From Thermodesulfobacteriota bacterium (GTDB lineage Bacteria; Desulfobacterota; Binatia; Bin18), in assembly GCA_964291405.2 (NCBI GenBank), contig OZ219926.1:1504001-1568000 (forward strand): a DNA stretch of 64,000 nucleotides, in the 5' to 3' direction. The notes below the pieces were generated by a model. That model had not been told where the DNA came from, ran no database searches, and saw only the letters and a list, made by a program, of their open reading frames with translations. Within the stretch, counting starts at the first letter, position 1. Every line of letters starts with the position of its first letter. Made by a program: the position numbers and the translations under genes. This document shows positions 1 to 11,293 of the stretch, in pieces.

Positions 1-1
1 T

Positions 2-1288
2 GACCTGAACTACTGGATCGAAATTGCGCAAACCCTCGAACGGGGGTGTTTTGATGCGCTGTTTTTCGCTGACATCCACGGCACGTACGATGTATACCAG
101 GGGGCGCGAACAATGGGGGTCCGGCATGCCGTCCAGATCCCCTGCAACGATCCGCTGGTGCTCATCCCAGCGCTGGCTCACGCCACCCGCCATCTGGGGT
201 TGGTTTCCACATATAGCACAACGTATCACCCGCCATACCAAGCAGCCAAGGTCTTTTCTACCCTTGACCATCTGACCGAAGGGCGTGTGGGTTGGAACGT
301 GGTCACCTCTTATCTCCGGGATGCTGAGCAGAACGGATTGGGTAAGACACTCCCTCACGACGAACGCTACGACCGGGCCGATGAGTATATGGAAGTCGTC
401 TACAAGCTATGGGAGCAAAGCTGGGAGGACGACGCCGTCGTGCTTGACCGGGACCGCGATGTGCACACCGACCCAGCCAAGGTGCATGAGATCCATCACA
501 CAGGGAAATATTTTTCGGTTTTAGGTCCACACATTTGTGAGCCCTCGCCTCAACGGACACCGGTTCTCTATCAAGCGGGAACCTCGGAGCGAGGAATTGA
601 GTTTGCTGCAAAACACGGCGAGGCGCTGTTTGTGGTCTTCCCTAATACCACGGTGTGTCGGGCATTCACTGAACGTATTCGGGCGTGCGTCCAGGAGAGC
701 GGACGTGCTCCCACTCACGTCAAGATTCTGATGGGCATCGTACCCGTTGTGGGCGTAACGGAAGCGGAGGCACAACAGAAATACGAGATTGCCAAGACGT
801 ACGCGAGCCCGGATGGGGCGCTCGCGCTGTTTGGAGGCTGGACCGGCATTGATCTTTCAGCCTATGGGCCGAAACAACAACTGGCACAGATTGAATCTGA
901 GGGTATGCAATATTTGGCACAGTATTTCTCCTCGGTTGACTCAACCCGACAGTGGACCATTGGTGAGATCACGGAGTGGCTCTCAATTGGCAGTGTGATG
1001 CCGATACCGGTGGGTACCCCCCAGCAAGTTGCCGATGAGCTGGAACGTTGGGTGGAAGAAGGAGATGTTGATGGCTTTAATATCTTTCCGGTGTACTCCC
1101 CCGGGGGATATATAGACTTTGTTGATCTCGTCGTGCCAGAGTTGCAGCGGCGCGGGCTCTTCCGCACGGGCTACGAGGGAAGTACCTTGCGAGAACACTA
1201 TTTTGGCAAAGGCCAACCACGGCTCGCAGCAGATCACCCTGGCAGTGTAGTGCGAAATATGGCCAATACTTCGCGTATGAGGCTGTAG
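2..1288 (+). CDS. NtaA/DszA/SoxA-family FMN-dependent monooxygenase (LLM class), 5'-truncated by the window edge
   Basis: Frame is open from position 2 (DLNYWIEIAQTLERGCFDALFFAD), in frame with ORF 113..1288. Family motifs TLDHLTEGRVGWNVVTS, HDERYDRADEY, SPQRTPVLYQAGTS, FVDLVVPELQRRG. Confidence 0.9.
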   Translation, partial: DLNYWIEIAQTLERGCFDALFFADIHGTYDVYQGARTMGVRHAVQIPCNDPLVLIPALAHATRHLGLVSTYSTTYHPPYQAAKVFSTLDHLTEGRVGWNVVTSYLRDAEQNGLGKTLPHDERYDRADEYMEVVYKLWEQSWEDDAVVLDRDRDVHTDPAKVHEIHHTGKYFSVLGPHICEPSPQRTPVLYQAGTSERGIEFAAKHGEALFVVFPNTTVCRAFTERIRACVQESGRAPTHVKILMGIVPVVGVTEAEAQQKYEIAKTYASPDGALALFGGWTGIDLSAYGPKQQLAQIESEGMQYLAQYFSSVDSTRQWTIGEITEWLSIGSVMPIPVGTPQQVADELERWVEEGDVDGFNIFPVYSPGGYIDFVDLVVPELQRRGLFRTGYEGSTLREHYFGKGQPRLAADHPGSVVRNMANTSRMRL

Positions 1289-1410
1289 CTTCCTAACGCC
1301 GCAATGGGCCAGAGGAATTTCTAGATCCCCCTGGCATAGTGTAACCATTCTGTTCCAGACGCAGGCCTTCAGGGCCGCGCTCGGCGACTCCTCCCCGGCT
1401 CCTGATATTT

Positions 1411-1691
1411 TTTCTCACAATATGTTACTGTCGGTCGGCCGAGGTTTTACTCTCCCCGGCCCCGCCGTTGTCAGACGGTCGGGGCCGGTCGCAGACCCGC
1501 TCTCGGCAGGTCCGCGGTCGTCCGGGCCGTAACCCTCTAAACGCCGGAGAACGGACTTAATATAACACTGTGTGATGAAAGACTTGCAATACCACCGGGA
1601 CTGTGTTAGAAATCTGTGAAGAATCACAGTCGCACAGCCGCTGCCGTCCCAGTGCGGCAAACCTCAGGGAGTCGGATTTATATAACATATT

Positions 1692-1699
<8 letters not shown>
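1411..1699. repeat. Perfect 17 bp inverted repeat pair bracketing the ectA upstream region
   Basis: TTTCTCACAATATGTTA at 1411-1427 is the exact reverse complement of TAACATATTGTGAGAAA at 1683-1699. Confidence 0.9.
1584..1612 (+). promoter_or_regulatory. Candidate sigma70-type promoter for the ect operon
   Basis: TTGCAA (1584-1589), 17 bp spacer, TAGAAA (1607-1612), with TG just upstream of the -10. The -10 is imperfect. Confidence 0.35.
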
Positions 1700-3905
<2,206 letters not shown>

Positions 3906-3906
<1 letters not shown>

Positions 3907-4823
3907 TGGCACCGACGAGCTCCGGCCGCGAAGACCTGTATCCGTCTCGGATAACCGGTCAGCCACGGCTGACCGAGCGCCTCGACCCGGTCGTCTACCC
4001 CAGCGATTCGGTGACGCAGCGACTGTCCGCCTCTGAGGTCGAGTCCTACGCGCAGCAGGGCTATCTGGTTGTGGAGCACCTGTTCCAGCCGGCTGAAATC
4101 GCCACGCTGAACCGCGAGTTGGAGCAACTGGTGCGCTCCGACGATATTCGGGATCGGGATGAAACCGTTGTCGAGCCCGGAGACCAGGCCGTGCGCTCGA
4201 TCTTTCGGGTCCACAAATTGAGCCGTGCATTCGAGCGGCTCGCCCGCGACCCTCGCGTCCTGGATGTGGCGCGTCAGTTGCTCGGCAGCGAGGTCTATAT
4301 CCACCAGTCCCGCGCCAATCTGAAGCCGGGTTTGACGGGCAAGGAGTTCTATTGGCACTCCGATTTCGAGACCTGGCATGTCGAGGACGGCATGCCGCGT
4401 ATGCGCGCTCTCAGCGTGTCGGTCGCCCTCACGGCCAACTTCACCTTCAACGGGCCCTTGATGCTGATCTCCGGCTCACACACCAGCTATGTTGTCTGCG
4501 CCGGTCGGACGCCTGAGAACCACTACAAGCAGTCGCTCCGCAAGCAGGAGTACGGAGTACCCGACCCGCATTTCCTCAAGCGGCTGGCCGACCAGGGCGG
4601 TATTGTCGCTCCCGTCGGGCCGGCCGGCTCGGCGGTGTTCTTCGACTGCAACACGCTGCACGGCTCAAACTCGAATATCTCTCCCTATCCCCGGCGCAAT
4701 GTCTTCATTGTCTATAACAGCGTTGCCAACACCCTGGAGGAGCCCTTTTGCGGTCTCAAGCCGCGTCCCGAACACATCGCGACCCGCGCGGACTTCGCCC
4801 CGCTGCTTCCTCTGTGCGCATGA
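3906..4823 (+). CDS. ectD: Ectoine hydroxylase
   Basis: EctD signature FYWHSDFETWHVEDGMP, DLYPSR N-terminus, HGSNSNISPYPR. Confidence 0.96.
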
Positions 4824-4847
4824 GTGGGGTAGGAGAGCCCTCCCCCC

Positions 4848-6305
4848 ATGACCCTGCTCAGCTTCGGCTTCTTCCTGTTGCTGTTCGTCCTCATCGGGCT
4901 GCTGTCGGCGCTGCGTCGCGAGCCGACCGGCGTCGACTACCTGCTTGCCAGCCAGCGCGTCAAACCCTGGCTGGTCGGGCTGTCGGCGGTTGCGACCAAT
5001 AACAGCGGCTACATGTTCATCGGGATGATCGGCTACACCTATACCTCCGGGCTATCCTCGGTCTGGCTGATGGTGGGCTGGATCGTGGGCGACTTCGTGA
5101 CCTCCCTCTTTGTGCACCAGAAGCTGCGGGTGGCGACCGAGGCGCGGCGTCAGCACAGCTTCGCCGGCGTCCTGAGCGCCTGGCATGGGACCGACTACCC
5201 GCGCCTGCAAGCCCTCGGCGGGCTGCTGACGATTGTGTTTCTGGGGGCCTACGCGGCGGCGCAGTTCAACGCCGGCAGCAAGGCCCTGTTTGTGCTGTTC
5301 GGCTGGGAGTACGGGGTGGGGGCGGTCGTCGGAGCGGTGATCGTCCTGCTGTACTGCTTTGCTGGCGGCATCCGGGCGTCGATCTGGACCGATGCCGCCC
5401 AATCGCTGGTGATGATCTCGGCGATGGGCCTCATGCTGTGGGTGGGGCTTCGGGAACTCGGCGGTTGGCAGGCATTCGGGGCCGCGCTCGGCGACGTCTC
5501 ACCCGGCTTCATGGACTGCTTCCCCGAACGGGCGGCGTTCGGCGGCATTGGCGGCTCCGTGCTATTCGTCCTCGGCTGGCTGTTCGCCGGGGTGGCCGTC
5601 ATCGGCCAGCCGCATATCATGGTGCGCTTCATGGCCATGGACGACCCTGGGCAGATGTGGCGCGTCCGGTGTTATTACTACGGCTGGTTTATTGCGTTCT
5701 ATGCACTCACCATCTGCGTCGGCCTGGCCGCCCGGCTGCTGCTGCCCGACACCGCCGACTTCGATGCCGAACTCGCCCTGCCGACCCTGGCCGGAGAACT
5801 GCTGCCGCCGCTGCTGACGGGGCTGGTGCTGGCCGGGCTGTTCGCGGCCACGATCTCGACGGCTGATTCGGTCATCCTGAGCTGTACGGCAGCGCTCACC
5901 CGCGACTTTTCGTCCCACCGGTTTCGGAGCTACGCGGCGACCAAACTGGCGACGGCCCTGGTCACCCTACTGGCCCTCGGTATTGCCCTGAGCCGCAACG
6001 AAAGCGTCTTCAACCTCGTCCTGATCGCCTGGTCTGCGCTGGCGAGCGCCTTCGGTCCGCTGCTGCTCGTCTACGCGCTCAACCAGAAGCCGACCGAGGG
6101 GCTGGCCCTGGCGATGATGCTCGTCGGGATCGGTGTCGTGCTGCTGTGGCGCTCCCTGGGCTGGCACGAGACGGTCGCCTATGAGGTCATGCCGGGCATG
6201 CTGAGCGGTCTGGCGCTCTTCGCCCTCGGCAGGTGGCTGGGACGCTCCGCGCCCGCGCGGGAGGTGTTGGGCGGGGGACGGGTGGGTTCCACCGGGTCCG
6301 GCTGA
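4848..6305 (+). CDS. Sodium/solute symporter (SSS, PutP-like), probable ectoine/compatible-solute importer
   Basis: About 13 hydrophobic segments; LSAVATNNSGYMFIG, WTDAAQ, GQPHIMVRFMA, AATISTADS; directly after ectD. Confidence 0.88.
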   Translation: MTLLSFGFFLLLFVLIGLLSALRREPTGVDYLLASQRVKPWLVGLSAVATNNSGYMFIGMIGYTYTSGLSSVWLMVGWIVGDFVTSLFVHQKLRVATEARRQHSFAGVLSAWHGTDYPRLQALGGLLTIVFLGAYAAAQFNAGSKALFVLFGWEYGVGAVVGAVIVLLYCFAGGIRASIWTDAAQSLVMISAMGLMLWVGLRELGGWQAFGAALGDVSPGFMDCFPERAAFGGIGGSVLFVLGWLFAGVAVIGQPHIMVRFMAMDDPGQMWRVRCYYYGWFIAFYALTICVGLAARLLLPDTADFDAELALPTLAGELLPPLLTGLVLAGLFAATISTADSVILSCTAALTRDFSSHRFRSYAATKLATALVTLLALGIALSRNESVFNLVLIAWSALASAFGPLLLVYALNQKPTEGLALAMMLVGIGVVLLWRSLGWHETVAYEVMPGMLSGLALFALGRWLGRSAPAREVLGGGRVGSTGSG

Positions 6306-6403
6306 ACCCACGGCTGCTTTCTCTCCAGACCTGTGCTACGACAACCCAGGTCCAACCGACGGCCGGGACAGCCGGCCGCGGAACATCAAGAGAAGAGCAG
6401 CCC

Positions 6404-7897
6404 ATGAAACAACGCATAGTCGTAACCGGTTGGGGGCAGGTGACCCAAGCAAAACAGAGTCATCCACCCTTCCTGGACCCGGTCGATCTGATGGAACAGG
6501 CCGCGAGCGACGCCGGCAAGCTCGCTGGGGCCGATGTCTGGAGCCGAGTCGATACAGTATTGGTCGTGCGCACGCAGAGTCGCAATTTGATCGACCCGGC
6601 GGGTGCGCTCGCCGGGCGGCTGGACATGAAGCCAGCACACACCCAGGTGTCGGGCATTGGCGGCGAGATGCCGCAACACTTCGTGAATCAGGCTGCCGGC
6701 AGGCTGGCACGGGGCAAATCCAGGGTGGTGTTGATCTGCGGAGCAGAAACCTATTATCCGAGGAGTGCCGATGCGGTGACCGGCGAGGCCATGCTTGCCC
6801 AAGGCGTCCCGGACGATTATGACGCCGACGACGCGGTTGGTACGGACCCGCTTGAGGAACGACACGGCTTGCGTCTGCCCATCCACGGCTTTCCTCTCTT
6901 CGAAAATGCTCTGTGGGCCAAGTCTGGCCTGAGCCGCGAGCAATGGCTCAACCAAGTGGGTCAGATGTGGGTCGGATTCAGCCAGGTGGCGGCCACGCAC
7001 CCCAATGCCTGGACACGCACGGCGCTTACGGTTGACGAGATTATTACCCCATCAGCCGACAATCGACCCATCTGTTTTCCCTACACCAAACGCATGGTAT
7101 CGCTGGTTTCGGTAGACATTGGCGCGGCGCTCATCATGACCACCGAATCAATCGCGCGTGAAATGCGTGGGGGCGGTGCTCATCCGGTGTACTTTCTCGG
7201 CGGTGGCTATGCGAAGGACCGGCAACGCTTCCTGGTCGACAAAGCCGATTTTACCCGGAGCCCCTCGCTGGCTGCGGCAGCGGCAAAGGCCCAAGCGCGT
7301 GCCGGTATCGGCGTCGCGGAGATAGAAGGCTTCGATTTATACAGTTGTTTCCCCTGTGCCGTCTCCGTTGCCCGCCGAGAGCTCGGCTTGGAAGAGCGGG
7401 ACCCGCAAACCTTAACTACCACCGGAGGGCTGGGATTTTTTGGTGGACCGGGCAGTAACTATGCCTTACACGGCATTGCCACCCTGGCCGAACGCATTGC
7501 TGAGGGAACTTTCCAAACCGGCATGAGTACTGCGCTCGGTTGGTTTATGCACAAATACGCCGTAGGGGTCTACGGGAATAAGCCGAACGATGCGGACCAC
7601 ACCGTCGCCGACCAACACGATGATGCAAACCCCGATGCGGGTTCCCCACCGGTTGACCGGGTAGAAGCGTTCAACGGGTCCGGCACGATTGAAACCTACA
7701 CGGTAGTGTACGCGCGCGATCATTCACCGTCGCACGGCATTATTTTTGGTAAGACCGAATCCGGCCAGAGGTTTGTGGCAAATTCCGAAATGAACGCCGC
7801 GACCTTCGACGCGCTGACGAAAGAAAACTGCATTGGCAGACAGGTCAGCGTGGCAGGCGATCAGACCGGCGTGAATCGAGCTCACCTAGTGGAATAA
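6404..7897 (+). CDS. Thiolase-like protein (acetyl-CoA acetyltransferase-like, DLYSCFP type)
   Basis: Start re-assigned to ATG 6404. Motifs FPYTKRMVS, FDLYSCFPCAV, TTTGGLGFFGGPGSNY, C-terminal IETYTV domain. Confidence 0.8.
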   Translation: MKQRIVVTGWGQVTQAKQSHPPFLDPVDLMEQAASDAGKLAGADVWSRVDTVLVVRTQSRNLIDPAGALAGRLDMKPAHTQVSGIGGEMPQHFVNQAAGRLARGKSRVVLICGAETYYPRSADAVTGEAMLAQGVPDDYDADDAVGTDPLEERHGLRLPIHGFPLFENALWAKSGLSREQWLNQVGQMWVGFSQVAATHPNAWTRTALTVDEIITPSADNRPICFPYTKRMVSLVSVDIGAALIMTTESIAREMRGGGAHPVYFLGGGYAKDRQRFLVDKADFTRSPSLAAAAAKAQARAGIGVAEIEGFDLYSCFPCAVSVARRELGLEERDPQTLTTTGGLGFFGGPGSNYALHGIATLAERIAEGTFQTGMSTALGWFMHKYAVGVYGNKPNDADHTVADQHDDANPDAGSPPVDRVEAFNGSGTIETYTVVYARDHSPSHGIIFGKTESGQRFVANSEMNAATFDALTKENCIGRQVSVAGDQTGVNRAHLVE

Positions 7898-8104
7898 TCC
7901 AGATCGTTGTTCTCATTCGGGAGGGATACCTGGCTCAAGGAGCAAAAACGAATGGGAAAGAGTTTTTTATCAGACAGGTATCCCTGACCCCACAACCTCA
8001 GGATTATCTGGTGTTTATTGGTGCGGCGTTTGATCGCTCGGCGCTTCCTGCTGCGCTCGACTCGTGTCTCGTACCACACTAGAGCCATGGCAATCCGGGT
8101 CAGC

Positions 8105-8162
8105 TTGACAACCCCGGACCACTATTGTAATAAAATCTCTATTACAATTATTATGCAATAAT
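8105..8162 (+). promoter_or_regulatory. AT-rich palindromic operator/promoter upstream of hupE/ureJ (candidate metal-regulator site)
   Basis: TTGACA at 8105-8110; 9-7-9 inverted repeat ATTGTAATA (8124-8132) / TATTACAAT (8140-8148); overlapping ATTATT-ATGC-AATAAT palindrome. Confidence 0.55.
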
Positions 8163-8248
8163 GAATTCCCACGCACTGAACGAGCAGCCTTATTCCTCAT
8201 CACGATGACCCAGGCAAAGTCACGGATTTTCCAGAAGGGAGAGAAAAA

Positions 8249-8902
8249 ATGAATCGATATCTTTTAGCCGCGGTCGTTTTCACCATGAGTGCGGTTCCAG
8301 CCTTTGCGCACCACCCACTCGGTGGCCTGCCAATGGAGACACTAACCGACGGACTCTTGTCCGGCGTTGGACATCCGCTCTTGGGCTTTGATCATCTCTT
8401 CTTCGTTATCGCCGTTGGCATTGCGGCGCTTTACACCGGCCGCCCGAAACTGGCAACGGCCGCCTATATTGGTACGATGATGCTTGGCTGCCTGCTGATG
8501 AGTTTTGGCGTTGGCCTGCCTGTCAAGGAATTTGTGATCGGCGTTTCGCTTCTCGTTGTCGGCGGCATCCTTTTGTCCGGTCGTGCCACGGGTCTTACTC
8601 TGGCTGTCGGACTTTTCGCAGTTTTCGGCCTTTTCCACGGATCAGCCTTTGGCGACACGATCGCGGCCCAGGAAGCAGGAGCAGGCGTTACCGTTCTGGT
8701 GGGCTATTTGGTCGGGCTTGGCCTGCTGCAATACGGCTTGGCGCTCCTGGCCGGATTTGTTGCTCAAAATCTGCTGAAGGCGACCGAGGCGCAACATATT
8801 CATGCCCGCCTCGCCGGCGCTGTTGTTGCCGGTGTCGGCACGTTTCTCACGCTTGAGAACATTGAAGGCCTCGTCTTCGATATATTGGGTCTGGCTGTCT
8901 AG
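8249..8902 (+). CDS. HupE/UreJ family Ni/Co/Zn permease
   Basis: Signal peptide ending PAFA-HH, SGVGHPLLGFDH, FGLFHG motifs, multiple TM helices. Confidence 0.9.
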   Translation: MNRYLLAAVVFTMSAVPAFAHHPLGGLPMETLTDGLLSGVGHPLLGFDHLFFVIAVGIAALYTGRPKLATAAYIGTMMLGCLLMSFGVGLPVKEFVIGVSLLVVGGILLSGRATGLTLAVGLFAVFGLFHGSAFGDTIAAQEAGAGVTVLVGYLVGLGLLQYGLALLAGFVAQNLLKATEAQHIHARLAGAVVAGVGTFLTLENIEGLVFDILGLAV

Positions 8903-8954
8903 TAATCCCAAGCCAGACCCCGGACCGGGCTCACCGCATGGCCGAGGAGTCAGC

Positions 8955-9395
8955 ATGACCGAAACTGCCTCATCCGTTTTGGCGAAAGGGTCACCGACAT
9001 CTCATGGCACCTTTCGGTCATCCGTACTTCACGTGTGCACGTCCTGTAGGGCACCTGGCTCTCCGCGTGAGCCACGAGAGAGTCGAGCCGGCTTCAAACT
9101 CTATCAAGAGCTTCGCGCGACGTTCCATGAGAGCCCATTGGGCCACCACGTGGAGGTCAGGCCCACCGAGTGCCTGAGCGTATGCCCGCGCCCCTGCGGA
9201 ATCGCGCTCTCGTCGCCCGGAGCGTGGACCTACCTCTTCGGGGATCAGTACCCGGGCAAGAGCGCACGTGACATCGTAGAGTGCGTCTCGCTCTACATCG
9301 ATACCGGAGACGGGTTTATGCGGCGGGAGCGACGTCCGAAGTCCTTCCGCGCAAGCATTCTGGGGCGTGTGCCGCCATACGAGGGAGGGCGCTGA
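8955..9395 (+). CDS. DUF1636-like Cys-rich metal-binding protein
   Basis: Start re-assigned to ATG 8955 (GAGGAG RBS). VCTSC...ECLSVCPRPCGIAL...WTYLFGD...ILGRVPP pattern. Confidence 0.8.
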   Translation: MTETASSVLAKGSPTSHGTFRSSVLHVCTSCRAPGSPREPRESRAGFKLYQELRATFHESPLGHHVEVRPTECLSVCPRPCGIALSSPGAWTYLFGDQYPGKSARDIVECVSLYIDTGDGFMRRERRPKSFRASILGRVPPYEGGR

Positions 9396-9598
9396 TGCAT
9401 CCTAGCAGAAGGCATGCTTCCGCTCAGCCAGGCCGTCGCGTGGAGCGCCCTGACCGCACCCGCCGTGGTTTGGAGTCTCCGTCACTGCCCACTTGGTCAG
9501 ACGCAGTGCGTGTGTTGACGAGCGCTGAAACGCCTGCCGTGACGCCATCCGGCCCCATTGGTCTCGCCGTGTCGCAGGGAGAAGAGAGAACATGTTGA
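9395..9598 (+). CDS. Possible 67 aa translationally coupled ORF
   Basis: TGATG overlap with the upstream stop and overlap with the next ATG (9592); no recognisable motif. Confidence 0.25.
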   Translation: MHPSRRHASAQPGRRVERPDRTRRGLESPSLPTWSDAVRVLTSAETPAVTPSGPIGLAVSQGEERTC

Positions 9599-9900
9599 TC
9601 AACACATCACCACGCCGCCCGAACCGCGAACGGGTTCGACGTATTAAGGAGGCATTGCGCGAAGCGCTGAGCCTCTCCCATGACACGACGGTCACGGTCA
9701 CCGAGCTGGCGTGTCTCGAAGAAGGCTGTGCGCCCATCGAGACCGTGGTTGGCCTGCTTCGGCCCGATGCGCCACAGCTCCAGTACAAACTGCACAAACC
9801 CACGGACGCCGTTGACGCCGAAGACCTGGTCCAGGTCTGCACGGCGTGGGGATTCGACGTCCAGATTCCGGTGCTCGCACCGCTGCTCCAGGAGAACTAG
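9592..9900 (+). CDS. Small hypothetical protein with CxxxxC motif
   Basis: VTVTELACLEEGCAPIETVV and KLHKP motifs; abuts the COG0523 start; purine-rich RBS. Confidence 0.7.
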   Translation: MLINTSPRRPNRERVRRIKEALREALSLSHDTTVTVTELACLEEGCAPIETVVGLLRPDAPQLQYKLHKPTDAVDAEDLVQVCTAWGFDVQIPVLAPLLQEN

Positions 9901-11271
9901 ATGGATACACCAAATTTAGATTTAGGAATTACACCTCGACAAGTACCTGTTACCATCCTCACCGGCTTCCTCGGCTCTGGCAAGACGACCCTGCTCAACC
10001 GAATCTTGAGTGAGGAGCACGGCAAGCGCATTGCCGTGATCGAGAACGAGTACGGGGAGGTCGGCATCGATCAGGCGCTCGTCATCGACGCCGACGAGGA
10101 GATCTTCGAGATGTCGAACGGCTGCATCTGCTGCACGGTACGCGGAGACCTGATTCGCGTACTCGGCAATCTCATGAAGCGCCGCGACAAGTTCGACTAT
10201 GTGTTGGTGGAAACCACAGGGCTCGCCGATCCCGGTCCGGTCGCTCAGACGTTCTTCATGGACGACGAGATTCGCGCGGAGTTCTCGCTTGACGGGATCG
10301 TCACGCTCGTCGATGCAGCCCACATCGAACAGCAGCTCGGCCGAAGCGACGAAAGCACGGAGCAAATCGCTTTCGCAGACGTCCTCGTGCTCAACAAGAC
10401 GGACCTCGTCAACGGCGAGGCGCTCGACAGGCTCGAAGCTCGGCTCCGAGACATGAACCGCATGGCGCAAGTCGTGCGTAGCGAGCGGGCGAACGTCTCC
10501 GTCGACACGGTACTCAACCTCGGCGCCTTCGACCTGGACCAGGTGCTCGAGCGTCGTCCCACCTTCCTCGAGTCGGAGTATCCGTTCGAATGGACTGGAG
10601 TCTATTCGCTCCATACCGGCCGCTACGAACTTAGCCTCGCCGATGGGCCTGATCCTGCGATGTCGCTCGTCGTCGTGTCCGACCAGGGCACGGATGACGC
10701 TGCCCTCCGTGAGGGTGCGGAGTGGTGTGTGCGGCGGTACGCCGAACCTGCGGAAATCATTCGCCCGGGGGAAGAAATTCCTGTCGGAAAGCATGTGAAC
10801 CTCCGGCTCGATTCCCCAGGGCGCAAGTCGTTCTTCTTGGAGGTCGATACGCCGGTGCGGGTTGGCCTCTACGCCCAGCACACCGCGGAGGAGTTCGACC
10901 TCCAACTGACGAACGCGGATGGAGCGACAATCAGGCAAGAGATCGAGCGAACCTGGGTCGCACAGCACGAGCACGACGACGAGGTGGGCTCGATCGCGAT
11001 CGAGAGGGACGGCGACGTCGATCCCGACAGGCTCAACGCCTGGCTTGGCGAACTGCTCCGTGAGCGCGGGGTGGACATCTTCCGAATGAAGGGCTTCATC
11101 AGCCTCGCGGGCGAGTCGCATCGCTTCGTCTTCCAGGGGGTTCACATGCTCTTCGATGGACAGCCGGATCGGCCATGGGGCGACGCGCTCCGGCGCAATC
11201 AACTCGTCTTCATCGGTCGCAACCTCGATGAGCAGAGCATGCGGCGGGGGTTCGAAGCATGTCTGATTTGA
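9901..11271 (+). CDS. COG0523 (CobW/ZigA/YeiR-like) G3E metallochaperone GTPase with an inserted domain
   Basis: Walker A GFLGSGKT, IENEYG, GCICC, ETTGLADP, NKTD, CobW_C domain (RMKG, FQGVH, LVFIGRNLD). Confidence 0.95.
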   Translation: MDTPNLDLGITPRQVPVTILTGFLGSGKTTLLNRILSEEHGKRIAVIENEYGEVGIDQALVIDADEEIFEMSNGCICCTVRGDLIRVLGNLMKRRDKFDYVLVETTGLADPGPVAQTFFMDDEIRAEFSLDGIVTLVDAAHIEQQLGRSDESTEQIAFADVLVLNKTDLVNGEALDRLEARLRDMNRMAQVVRSERANVSVDTVLNLGAFDLDQVLERRPTFLESEYPFEWTGVYSLHTGRYELSLADGPDPAMSLVVVSDQGTDDAALREGAEWCVRRYAEPAEIIRPGEEIPVGKHVNLRLDSPGRKSFFLEVDTPVRVGLYAQHTAEEFDLQLTNADGATIRQEIERTWVAQHEHDDEVGSIAIERDGDVDPDRLNAWLGELLRERGVDIFRMKGFISLAGESHRFVFQGVHMLFDGQPDRPWGDALRRNQLVFIGRNLDEQSMRRGFEACLI

Positions 11272-11293
11272 ATGTCGAGCAGGAGGGGTCTGC

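Noticed and set aside
7922-7985. 11 bp inverted repeat AGGGATACCTG / CAGGTATCCCT as IS ends
   Set aside because: Only 42 bp apart, with no transposase or target duplication; at most a weak hairpin after the thiolase-like gene.
7898-8248. Cobalamin riboswitch expected upstream of hupE/DUF1636/cobW
   Set aside because: I could not find the conserved GGGAA...GCCACTG...B12-box arrangement by eye; an Rfam scan would be decisive.
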